Source: Phoronis australis (Eukaryota > Animalia > Phoronida). From it: a stretch of DNA of 64,000 nt. Position 1 is the stretch's first letter. The number at the start of each line of letters is the position of its first letter. The notes beneath the pieces are model-generated. The model was given only the letters and a program-made list of their open reading frames with translations, had not been told where the DNA came from and ran no database searches. Location: assembly GCA_002633005.1 (NCBI GenBank), contig NMRA01000137.1:124001-188000 (forward strand). The letters run 5' to 3'. A program made the position numbers and the translations under genes. Positions 14,852 through 26,945 of the stretch are shown piece by piece.

Positions 14852-16798
14852 GGGCCTACTTACGATTTTATTTTGCCAAAGGTTCTGCTCTGATAACTTC
14901 AGGCTCAAACACAAAAGATCTATGTTGTATAAAAACTCACAGCTTTCTCAGTTGAGTATTCAGACGAATTATGAGTCACTAGTGACCAAATCACTAGGGG
15001 GTTATCAACTAGATAATTTAGTACAACCATATTGGTTATGTCTTACAGGGCACAAAATGTGAGAAAAACAAAACATCATGGTGTAACCTATAATAGGTTA
15101 TTTGTACATGAAAGTAATCAATCCGTTGGCTGAGAAGAAATGTACGCCGATGACTCATGCAGTCGTAGCCAAGGAAAACGATAATGTAAAAAATTCATGA
15201 AAATCAGTCTCGACCATTCAATAATTGTAGCTGGAGCTAGCGAGATTTTTCTTATTAATTTTTAGAATGGGCAAACAATGTTAATAATTCATTCAGATCC
15301 AGACTGGTTAGATAGAAAATGTTAATTAGGATTGCACAGCCACTACGCCATTAGGCACTGTCACTGTCACTAAATCAGAAACACCGCAAGATTTTGCAAG
15401 AGAATTGAATGGCATAGACCCAGACTCACTTAATTCTCAACTGGTCCTTACAGATATTTTAGACTTCCTGTTATGATTTCAAGACAAGGTAAAATTTCAC
15501 CCTGCCTAACTTTCTACTAAAACCTTCAGCCATTAGAAAATTAAGTTGTTTAAATGTGGATTGCGTAAACAAATCAAACCATTTTTTTCCGAATTATGTA
15601 AATATGACCTTTCAACAGAAGATAACCCAAGCGGCTTCTATCTCCGAAAATAAACAGTGAAAATTCCAGCAATGAATTTCAGTGTAATATACAACACCAA
15701 ATAGACCAAACGGTGGCGACTGATGAAAATTTAACAGTTAAATGCCATGCATGAAGAAAAAACAATTCTTAACTCGACAAACCTGGACCTTTCCAAAAAC
15801 AGGCTAAACGTCAGGAAATTACACACACCCAGCAAACTCTTCAGTTATCGTCAGAACATGATGGCCTCTAAGTAGTCGTCCTACCCACCAATCAGGTCAT
15901 GGAAAAAATCAATAGCGCTTTTCACGAGCAACTGCATTACACATGAGCAGAACTGCAGCTGAGAGTCGTGGAATCAGTCCATATAGATCCCGAGTAATTA
16001 AGGACTACGGTAGGAGGGTGATTTGTTTAACGAAAGACTTCGTGTGAATACATCACAATGAATAGGAGAGGATAATTGGGGCTTTATCTTAGGAATGATG
16101 ATTTGAGACAGACTAAGTTTAGACAAGACAGGAATCAATGGAAATCTATGAAGCACCTGCCAACTGATCAAATTCAATGGATTATGCGTGAATTAATTGC
16201 GTGTAGGAAATTCTGCAAGAATTACTGACAAACATTTCAATTTTTCATTCCTCATAGGACAATGTCATACAGAACACGTTCTCAAACAGTCGAGCCTGTC
16301 TTAACAACTCAATGAAACTTTGTTTGCACATGCTCAGATTTCCAATGAATGCCTGAGCTAACAGACAGACAAACTTCCTGTCTGTTATTTCCATTCGACT
16401 GTTTGCGAAGATGTCAGGTAAATAGGAGCCAAGCTGACGCGAATGCGACTTACGTCGCGTCAACTTGTTCCATGACAAAAATTATCATGTAAATACATTA
16501 ACAAAATTTAAATGTAAACCCTCAGAATTATTCAACCACAGCCTTAACTGAATTGGTAATTCAGGGAAAACAATTTCGACTTAGGTAAATGTATCAGAAG
16601 ACATCAACATTTGAGTGATAATGGTAAGGTCACAACTACAGAATAAAAAAATCTAGGCGGTCTGGTAGACTGGAACGTGTTGTACCAGACGTATGCACGT
16701 GGGCCAATTACACCGATCACCTAGAACCATGTTTATGCTTTATTAATATAGCTAAAACCGACCTGAGGAGCTTGAAACCAGACTCAAGGATCTCACAG

Positions 16799-16877
16799 TG
16801 TGGCCCAGTGGGATTCAAACTCACGACCTCGAGTAAAGAAAGCGGGCACCTGACACACTAGGGCACACCGTCATCCC
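16799..16877 (-). mobile_element. Degenerate tRNA-derived SINE head
   Basis: The minus strand reads GAGGTCGTGAGTTTGAATCCCAC (B-box-like), downstream of a weak A box. Confidence 0.45.
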
Positions 16878-17801
16878 TACCTACAACCACAGACGCTGAT
16901 AGATTCGTTTGAGCACTTTTACTGAACACCCTTGGCTGTACTATCTGTTTCTAGAATGCACAAACCTTACTTCAGCGGATGTGGCCAAGAAGTTTCAGAC
17001 AAGAGTTCTTTTTTATTTTGAAGCTAATATGCCGACAATTCAAAACACGTGTAAGACCAACCTACAGTAACTTTTCATCTAAACCATCTGAATCATAGCA
17101 CAAGTGACTGTACCACAAAAGTGGTCAACACAAATTCCTCAATGATTCAGCTGAATGTGCTGTATTGGTCCGGGTCAATATCCACGCTAGGCCCATTCAG
17201 GAAATGTCCGAATTTTCACTTTTAAGCATTCGTGCTTGTCTTGCTCCCTAATCCCTACATCATAAGCCCAAAGTCACGCTCACAACTGAACCAATACATG
17301 GCATCGCTCCATTCTAAACATGTACAGTAGCCCCTTCACTAGATTGTTAACAATCTACCCAAAGTTTTTTTCATTCTTTCACATTAAGCCCGGCATCAGT
17401 GTACCTCCCTGGGCATTTACGCCACAGACCATTCAGGTAAAGGCCAACCCCACACTTCTCAATATTTTCAAGTGCCCGTATTTGGATTAATGTCCACCCC
17501 ATTTTTGATTTCCACAATTTAAGCACTTTGGTGGTAATGTAGAGCATTGAAAGGTATCAAAACAAATTCCGCAACCCTACAGACAGTGGCATGAAACGTC
17601 TTTAAAGATCACCGCATGTGTCATAGCGGAGGATGGAGGGAGGAGGGGGTGTCACTATTTACAGCCTGAACATGAGAAGTACATAAACTCTGAAGATAGG
17701 GCTTGCCAGCATGAATGTAATAACAAACATCCAACTTTCCAACTAAAAGCCCATCAACGGCAGCATAATGATTGCAAATATTCAAATACGCTGTGAAATA
17801 C

Positions 17802-18104
17802 CAGTGACACGACTACCCACACCTCACATGTGAACTGTGTGGTAGTGCTTCTACAGATCATCAGTGACATGACTACCCACACCTCACATGTGAACTGTGT
17901 GGTAGTGCTTCTATAGATCATCAGTGACACGACTACCCACACCTCACATGTGAACTGTGTGGTAGTGCTTCTACAGATCATCAGTGACACGACTACCCAC
18001 ACCTCACATGTGAACTGTGTGGTAGTGCTTCTACAGATCATCAGTGACACGACTACCCACACCTCACATGTGAACTGTGTGGTAGTGCTTCTACAGATCA
18101 TCAG
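17802..18104. repeat. 60-bp minisatellite, 5 copies
   Basis: Unit CAGTGACACGACTACCCACACCTCACATGTGAACTGTGTGGTAGTGCTTCTACAGATCAT. Only copy 2 differs, by two C>T changes. Confidence 0.97.
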
Positions 18105-18175
18105 CTACTAGCCAGAGAGCTCACCAGTGGATCTTAAGTCCTGTCCACACAATATGACAAATAAACTGAGTATAG

Positions 18176-19115
18176 ACTTTGAAGGGCACGCAAAATTAAC
18201 TGAGTAAGCAACCATTGCCAACTGTAGGTGTGCAAAGTAGACTAAATGCTCCACTGTAAAAGTACTTTATCCCCATAGTTGGTGAAACACTTTTATGAGC
18301 ATATATGACTCAGGTAACACACTGCACTCATCCAGGTCACCATTTTCACCTCATGAAATAACCCCCATGAAGTGAATGAATTGAGGGTGGAATGTGGTAT
18401 TCAGATGTTATTAAATGTTATTAACACAGTTGAAGAGGTGTGTAGTACTTGGTTTAATAACACGTCTATGCCCTGATATTTTTCGAAGTGTAAAATTGGT
18501 TGTGAGCAAATTAGGTGAAGAAAAAAATGACCCATCAAGTGGCCTTGTCAGGCCTTTATGCAGCGTACGTCCTGGGCATCCAAATAGACGCCCTAGCACT
18601 AATCTGGACACCCTGGCAAGGAGGACCAATGTATCATTTGGATGCCCACTGTCAATACAAACCTTTCAAGTTTGGACTGGCACATTGTAATAAATACTAC
18701 GAAGCCTCTGAGGGCTCACAGTAGGGCTCTTTTTTCAAAGCAGGAAGAAATATACAATGTATATACAATGTTGCTATGCTCACACTTGGTTGATAGCATT
18801 GTAAAAGTCTTGGTCTACAGTTTTTTAAGTAAAAATGCTCACTAGAGAAGGCTGTTTCGTAAACTTAGATGTAAAAACCTTGGTCTATGCATTTTTTGTC
18901 AAAAAAATCTGTGTGTTTGGGGGGATTGCTGGGGGTGGGGGGTTATGCTTCGGAATCGTGGAGGCCCTGGAATATTAAGAACCCTATTTTGGACACCCTA
19001 TTTTCGAAATCCTGGATAAGGGCCTGGGCCTCGTGTAAAATAAGTGAGGGACAAAATATCATTCTTCAGCACAATTTTTAGTGTACAAAATGACACGAGT
19101 GTGCAAAATAAGAAA
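18176..19115 (+). repeat. Old dispersed repeat, copy 2 (hosts the hAT-like MITE)
   Basis: Collinear with 7435-8395 once the nested elements are removed. Confidence 0.65.
18549..19026 (+). mobile_element. hAT-like MITE, full copy
   Basis: TIR CAGGCCTTTATGCAG / CTGGATAAGGGCCTG; 8-bp TSD GGCCTTGT / GGCCTCGT. Confidence 0.8.
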
Positions 19116-19297
19116 ATTGCTGTAGCCTGACATTGCAGGTAGTTTCTTTAAACAAAACAAATTTCTCCCAGTGAGGTTGTCCCCAATTTCTTTAAGACAT
19201 CCCCATCATGGGAAAAAACTCTTACCAGGGATGCACATCCACAACCACACACCATGAAAACTCTTACCATGTACAAAAATCTTTACCACAGAGCCTG

Positions 19298-19534
19298 GGG
19301 TTATTCCAAGAAAACTGACTTAGTTAAGACAAATCTAAAATTTCAGTCAATTTTAAAACAAAACTTAAATGTGTCTCCTCAAGTCCATTTCAACAAAGAG
19401 ATCTTAAGTCTGACTTTTAAAGTTTTTGTCTTACGTTTTGTCTTAATTTTCACTAACGAACCGAATGTAGAAATTTCAAAAGTTTGGAAGATGAGAAAAG
19501 TCTTAATTTAAGTCAGTTTCTTGGACCAGGGCCC
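19298..19534. mobile_element. Harbinger-like MITE
   Basis: Arms CCAAGAAAACTGACTTA / TAAGTCAGTTTCTTGG with CTG on both flanks. Related ends occur at ~41580-41608 and 47206-47313. Confidence 0.65.
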
Positions 19535-20916
19535 CTGAACTCCAACCAGACTCAAACACCCATGCCAAACAATTTTCAGTGCAAGAGATCCAAGTGCGCA
19601 ATCCAGCTTCCCTGTTTCGATTTTTGGCCACTTGCTTTAAAAACTGTCCGTGGTAGGACTGCCCAAATGTGGTTGGAATTCAGGTTATCGTAACTGTTTT
19701 GAGCACAAAAGACTTTTATGGAACATGGTAAGTTTAATAGCCCACGGTAAGAGTTGGTCACCTCTGATTATTGGAAGTAAATAGTAGAAAGACGCAGAAA
19801 CATGCATGATAGCTTTATCCAAAAAGTGAACAAACCTGTTTCACCAATCACAAATCACATTTCCCAGAGATTGCACACACAGCCATCTTGGATAAAAACT
19901 GTTAACCACAAGGCAATTGTTGAGAGTGTCAAAGGATCGTTATTCCCTTGTTGTCAAAAACAACACCAGGACTTTTGCACACAACAGTACGGAGTCAATA
20001 GTACCCTGTGTGAAAGCCACACTTGCTCTCTTGTTATACAGGCCAACATAAAAACTTAAGAAAACATATGGTTCGTCTGCTTTCATTTGGCCATCGATTT
20101 TCATCACATGCTTCATGGCTCATTTTTTGTTACCCTACAGTATATATACCTGAGTACATCGACCTAATGAGGGGCTTGTATACAATGAGACCTTTGTCAC
20201 AACCACTGCATGGCTAAAACTTGAACAGAAGGTAAAATCTCAATTTTGGACAAAAATAATTGCTAAAATTACTGTTTTTTGCTTTTCAAGGTCTTCTAAC
20301 ACTGCTGTGAATGTCCACAATTTTTCAAAATATTTTCCAAATGTAGCTATGGTACAGACCTTTAACAGGCTAAAGCGTCAACCTGATGCTGCGTATCATT
20401 TATGAAAATGAAATTTCACTAGTCCGCCATACTGTGTCATAAATTGGTGAGCTTTTACCGGAATACTGTCCATACTGCGTGACTCTTCAGGTATATTTCC
20501 ACACAAGTAGGCGTCATTTTAAACTTTTCCAAAGCCGATATCTTTGCTACTTTTCCTCAAGCCATTCTAATAATCTCAGTTGCTCTTAGAGAAATTTGAA
20601 AAAGTAAAATTCCAATTGCCACAATGCTGCGATGAGATTGACTTTTTATGTTCTGATCATCAATGTTATTCCTTTGCATCTGCAACAGGTAAAAACATCT
20701 GTGGTGACAAAATAGCATGACAACATTACATCTAATTCACTTAAAAGCAGGGCTCAGCATGTCCATTTCCTTAAGATCACGTGGGCATGTTTAGCAGAGG
20801 TAGAAAAAAACGCATTCATTACACGACTAACCTAGTTTTCCAAAGGTGAGGTCGCACGCAGATTTATGAGGTGAGTTAGTCAAACGAGAGCGATGTATTA
20901 GGTCTCACTCAGTTAA

Positions 20917-21139
20917 GGTTATGAAGGGCCGTAGAAATATGTTGTCCCAATTTTGGATTTTTCACTCTTAGGAATTGTTTTAAAAAGTACCAGTTGTAAA
21001 AATGAATTTTTATGATTATCCTGAAAATTTGTCCATAAAACGAAATAATTTTACACGCTTTCTGTTTTCAGAAAACATACTTTTACGAACTTAAAACCTA
21101 TAGTTGTTATGGTAGATATTTGGTTAAGCACACATAACC
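20917..21139. mobile_element. Kolobok-like non-autonomous element
   Basis: TTAA-GGTTATG ... CATAACC-TTAA. Confidence 0.5.
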
Positions 21140-21537
21140 TTAAGTTTTTTTGTCTGTAATGCAGCTCACTATGCAAACATCAAACTTAATAGTGATAAAT
21201 GACAAACTAATGTTCATGTAAAGTGCTAATTAACATGGCAGCAGGCCAAGTGATGTAGCGATGCTACGCTGCATTGAAGCATAATACCATATAATCATGA
21301 GAAAGGCTTGTGGTATTACATCAAGTGGCTACTCAGCAAAGACAAGTCTTAATAAGCTTTTGACAACATATTAAATCCTATATCATGATAAAACACAGGA
21401 CTGGCAATAGGCCTGTCCTGAATTACTTACAGGGATAAAAAATATAAATGCATGACTGACCTACTTTTAAAAAGTCAGGTATTCCTGAGTTGAGGGAAGC
21501 ACTTCCATCTTAAAATGCAATAAGGCAATAGTCGGAT

Positions 21538-21622
21538 ATAACGTCCCGTATTTTGAGAACCAGTTTGATGCACCTAATTCCATGGAATAAACTGGTTCTC
21601 AAAATGCTGGCAGTCATTATAT
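21538..21622. repeat. ~85-bp palindromic mini-element; other copies near 6812-6893, 26354-26429 and 32097-32162
   Basis: 14-bp stem ATTTTGAGAACCAG / CTGGTTCTCAAAAT, perfect in this copy and the 6826 copy and partly decayed in the other two. Confidence 0.7.
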
Positions 21623-24600
21623 CCAACCAACACCATGCAACAATAACTATAGGTTTGTGTGCATTACATTACAATGATCAATTACATAATAATCTGGATT
21701 ATGAGCTCCTGACTATTACATTGGTACATGATTGCTACATGTGTTGCATTGTGGGTAAATACCACACAATGAGAGTGGTTCTGTGTTACTTCAGGACAGA
21801 CCTATTGCATCTTTTGCTTGTCATGAGGGAAGCTGTAGAGAAAGAGGAAAGTACACATGATCCCTGCTGACAAAGTCATTAAAGTCCAAATTAGCGAATC
21901 ATGGCTGACCAGTAATTAGCATTGGTCATCCAGACATCCCTTGTCAATCAATTTTGTGGGGATGAGAGCACAAAGAAACTAGTTCAGTGAAACAATTGTA
22001 AGGATCATGCTTAACTGTCATTTTGAGTCAGTTTTAATACAACACCAGCAAAAATTAGAGTCCACCAACTACTAGAAATAATTTAAAAGAAAAATAAACA
22101 CATGTTGCATAAGGCACATCAAATAAAAACATTGGCATATTTTAAAATTGTACTGAAAACCAGAGAATGAATAAAAAAATTTTATGTGTAAAACTTCCAT
22201 GTTACATTTTGAAAAAAATCCATCACGCCACATATTTTTGGTCAAAACGGGCACCATAAGCCAATAACTGCATAACAAACAAACTTTGAGCTAGTTAGGG
22301 AACACAGTGCAATTTTAATGGTCCTATCTCGGAAAGCATTCAATTACAGATCGTTTTTATGTCTTTTCGTAGCTCTTAGGCTATTCTATTCCACAAAAAT
22401 GCTAAATGCAAAATATGCCTTCATCAAATTTTGCATGTGTGCATGAGACCTATGTTGCCTAATACTTTCAGAACAATAGCCTGATAAATTTGAATAGTTT
22501 TCGAGATAAAACCATTTAAAGATAATACGTACACTAGTCAGGGCAAACTTCGTTAACCATGAATCGCTGATCAAGTGGTTGATCGCCAAAAATGAGATTT
22601 GGAAGTGTAAGAAGTCCAATAACTAGGACGTCATGTTTCTTGTTGAAAATATGATACATGGAATAAACTACGCATGACAACTGTAGGTGACCAGGGTCAA
22701 GGGTCTAATTGCCAAACTCAGATTTGGCTTAACCAATCATGCGACATGATTCGAGCGCAAATTTCTCAACTTAACTCTTACGCATACCAATTTTGGACGA
22801 CAGAAATTGACCCATGAGGGACCAGGGTTGCAGTGGCAGGATATATGGTAAGTATCACAGATGAATGATAATAAAAGTTTGCAAAGGTATTTTAATACAA
22901 TCAAAATAATTCATTCAGGAAATTCATTCAATTTCAAAAACCTTGAATGAGAAAGGTACCCGCAACCAGAATGGTTTTAAGGAACAGGAATTAAGCTTTA
23001 ATTTATACACGCTTCCCACAAGTAAGACTATCCTCATTGAATCCAAGTTTCTTGTTATTCCAATGCAGTGAGGTAAAATCTAACCAATTTAAGACAAAAC
23101 ATGACAAATAGGTAAATTTCCCCAGTTTCTAAACAAAACAAATTTATGGCTTACCATTCTTAAGGTCAAAAGCCCTACTCTCACCAAACAATACTTTCAA
23201 GCTGTGGGCACTGACACAATGTGAACAGTTTTCGCTAAAGTAAAAAATGGAAAGAATTTTGATGATTAAAAGTGTCCAAAATTGGTGAGATTTTACTCAA
23301 CTGCGTAGTATTTTACTTTCCAATCCACAGTTTTCTCAATGAAAGTTTTCAATTCCAGTCACCAACAGCCAATTCATGCAAATCTTAAACACTGAGTGTT
23401 TCACAAAAAACAAAAGATTTTATTCACAAACCTGATTCACCTATGGAGAAAAAAACGCCACCAAATTATCACGCCTATTGTAAGAAATTCTTTCGCCAGA
23501 TCATCAGTTTCCAATCAGACCACGGCTAGTGTCTGCTAAAGAGAGGCTGACCTGGAGTGATGAGATATTATAATATGGCTGTGTTTTTATCTCAGCTACA
23601 GACAAATAACTGGAAAAAATGGATAACGTTCCATCACTGGTGATATAGGTTAATGCCTTGACAGTCTTTATTGATTGGAAATGTGAACTCATCGTGCAAA
23701 GCCGTGAAATTTTAATTTGTAACATAAGGAAAGGATAGGAAAATACTGACTAATCCTGTACGTGTGGGTGTGAGCTTTAAAAATTTGAGACCATTTCAAT
23801 TTCAATCTGCTCTTTAAGTCACGCTCAATGATAACTCAGGTCATAACTGAACTTAGTGACAACAAAGTATTGTGTTTCATAAGAATATTGGGTGAAATTA
23901 CTAAGAAAGCTGGCTTGCTTCAGCTCCGCTAGAGCAGAGGTAAGAATGGCATTAACAGCTATTTTTATTTATTTACTTCTTAACATTATCTTGTCTTGTA
24001 ACTATTCCTCTAAATACAGTGCACATATGGGACACAATAGGTTTTAGGCATGGAAACACATTTTCAGGATCTGAATAGGAATGATGATCTACTACAGCCT
24101 CTGAAGGTCAGTTCAGCCATTGTGTTTAAAACTACAATGAGATAATCATTAAATATTGATTTACCATCACTTGCACCAAGCCTAGCAAATAATATTTTAA
24201 GGTTCACCTTCTAGCGTTGGTGTAGAACTACCATACAGACTGACATTTTCTGGTTTTAAGCAAAAAAATTTGCTCCTTTTTTATTTTTATGGCTTTCTAT
24301 GCTCACTGTTGAGAATGTCCGCCAGGTACAGACCAATCTGTGAATGCTAGGTACCGCCCAAAAGACCAAAACTAGGGAATAGTACAGTAATTTTTTACCC
24401 CAATTTGATGAGAAAACTTCACTCGTCGCCCACATTGCATACAAAAACTTGGTGAGATTCAACCATCTTGTTGGGTATTTCTAAAGCACAGAATCATTGT
24501 CATGTGCGATGAATATTTTAATACAGTTATCCCTACACATCAAACATTCCTAGAGACTCTAAGTCTTTAGAACCAATTAGTATGCTCTTCCAGCTCACGA

Positions 24601-26473
24601 CAGAAATACCTTTTTAATCCATGCCCGATAACGAAGACAAGAAGCTCACTACCTTTTACTTAATGCTTCAGTAATCATTCTGAAAATACTTTATAAATAG
24701 GTAGGTGTTAACATCAACTATACCTGACACTTTGATCTCTCAGGTAAGAAAAATGATCGCAGGACACAATGGTTAGAGATCGAAAATCTGCAGGTGATCA
24801 TGGAAGAAAGGAATATCAAATAGCAACTCTGGTTAACATACCATTCTAGAAAAAATGGATAGGTTCACCGGAAAATTGCCTAGACAGGTAAAAGTCGGGA
24901 ATTACTGGGTTTTAGCGACAGAAAAAGAAAACATGTACTTGTCTAAAAAAAATTATAAAAACCAACAGTTTTACACTGCTTCAGGACTCAGACTCTAAGC
25001 TCAACTGGTTATTCGGTTTGGGAGCCCCTAGTTGAGTTCCTGAATCCATATCTGACTTTAAATGATGTTCATATTAAAAAACGAAAATTAAATGACCGTG
25101 CACGAATTTAGAAACTTTACCTCAGTACTGCTCCCAACAGTTGTAATCCACAGATGAAGCTTATTGCTGAAAAAGTCTTGATTGCGAGATAGAGCGCAAG
25201 CACTCCTCTCAACCAACACAACATTCCAAAGTCTAATCAGTTCCATGTTTTGATACCATCTAAAAGCTTTCCTTGAAGGGATTTTTGTTATTTTAGATGT
25301 ATTGGGCTAGCCATATAAATTGCCAGTAACATATGAAAACAATTCTAATCACTGAAATGCAGGCTGGCCAAAAAAGATAGTGAAAGTAATATGAGGTCCA
25401 AACAAAAAAGTGTAGGTCGTATTTGCGACTGGAAATTCGGAAGTGCAAGCCAACTCACATTTGATTTGGGAATTTCAACTCATGAGCCGGGTCCTGTATA
25501 CTTCCTCCAGTAACCAAAGAGGAAACTTGTGAGAACCACACCATATATAGTTAATATCAAGACAGCAGATCTCTACCAGTTCAACCAAAGAACCCAACTC
25601 GACTACGTGGAATGAATCATACATTAGTGAACATGGTTGATTAGTATTGTTTTTGAGGCAAAAGATTACAGGATGTCATGCTTTTTTGTCTGAAAACACT
25701 GCATCTGGTTACATAGGGAAATAATCTGACTGAATTCAAGTCAGATACTATGCTAAGATTGTCGTAAGATGTAAAGGTCCTATCACCATTCTAGCAACAA
25801 GACACATTTCATCAAGTCTCTGTTATTTCTGAAAATGGCTATTAACCTGTTTTACAAAAAACAAGACAAAACTAAACATGGCAGACACAATTTCCGTATT
25901 AAATTCATGAATAAATTAGGCCTTAACACTGATGGAAAAGTAAAGACTTTATAAATCATGCTGTGTGGTCAAAACGACTTTCTTCACAGGCGTATTTGAT
26001 CTTCCATCATTACAACTTTATCTTCCATTTGATTTGAAATCGGTTACTATTGTAAATCTCACGACAACCAAACTGCTTCAGCAGTACAGTAAAATCTCAT
26101 CAATTTTGGAGTAATTGCAAAATTGCATTTTTATGTATTTCAAAACGTTTAACTTTGTTGTGAAAATACGAAGGCCAAAATATTACTATATATTACCTGG
26201 TGGTAGCTGAGGTACAGAACTTGAACTTAGGAAAGCATAAGTTTGTGCTATGTATATTTTTTATGAGAAAAATGAGAAAATAAACTTCAGTTATCCACCA
26301 TATTGCATCCAACAATTGGTGTGAGTTTACAGTAACAGTCATTTAGAACTGAGGTCCCACATTTTGAGAACCATTTTTTAATAAACAACGGGAATCAAAA
26401 CTGATTCTTAAAATCCGGGATCCCTGTAACTGACAATTATTTGCTTCTTCATCAATAAAAACTCACCCCCCCA

Positions 26474-26945
26474 ATCCAGGATTCTGAAAATAGGGTGTCC
26501 AAAATGGGGTTCCCAATATTCCATGATTCCGACACGTAACCCCCCCACCCCCAGCAATACCTCCAAACACACAGATTTTTTTACAAAAAATGCATAGATC
26601 AAGGTTTTTACATCTAAGTTTACAAAACAGCCTTCTCTAGTGAGCATTTTTACTAAAAAAACTGTAGACCAAGACTTTTACAATGCTGTCAATCAAGTGT
26701 CAAAATAGCAACAATGCATATACTTTGTATATACATTGTATATTTCTTCCTGCTTTGAAAAAAGAGCCCCCACTGTGAGCCTTCAGAGGCTTCCTAGTAT
26801 TCATTACAATGTGTGAGTCCAATCTTGAAAGGTTCCTATTGACAGTGGGCGTCCAAATGATACATTGGGTGTCCTTGCCAGGGCGTCCAAATTAGTGCTA
26901 GGGCGTCCATTTGGATGTCCAGGACGTACCCTGCATAAAGGCCTG
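26474..26945 (-). mobile_element. hAT-like MITE, same family, inverted copy
   Basis: Reverse complement of 18549-19018; one terminus is eroded next to a C-run. Confidence 0.78.

Noticed and set aside
17754-18101. 115-aa repetitive ORF and CRISPR-like look of the 60-bp array
   Set aside because: The frame is open only because 60 is divisible by 3. There are no unique spacers or cas genes, and the context is eukaryotic.
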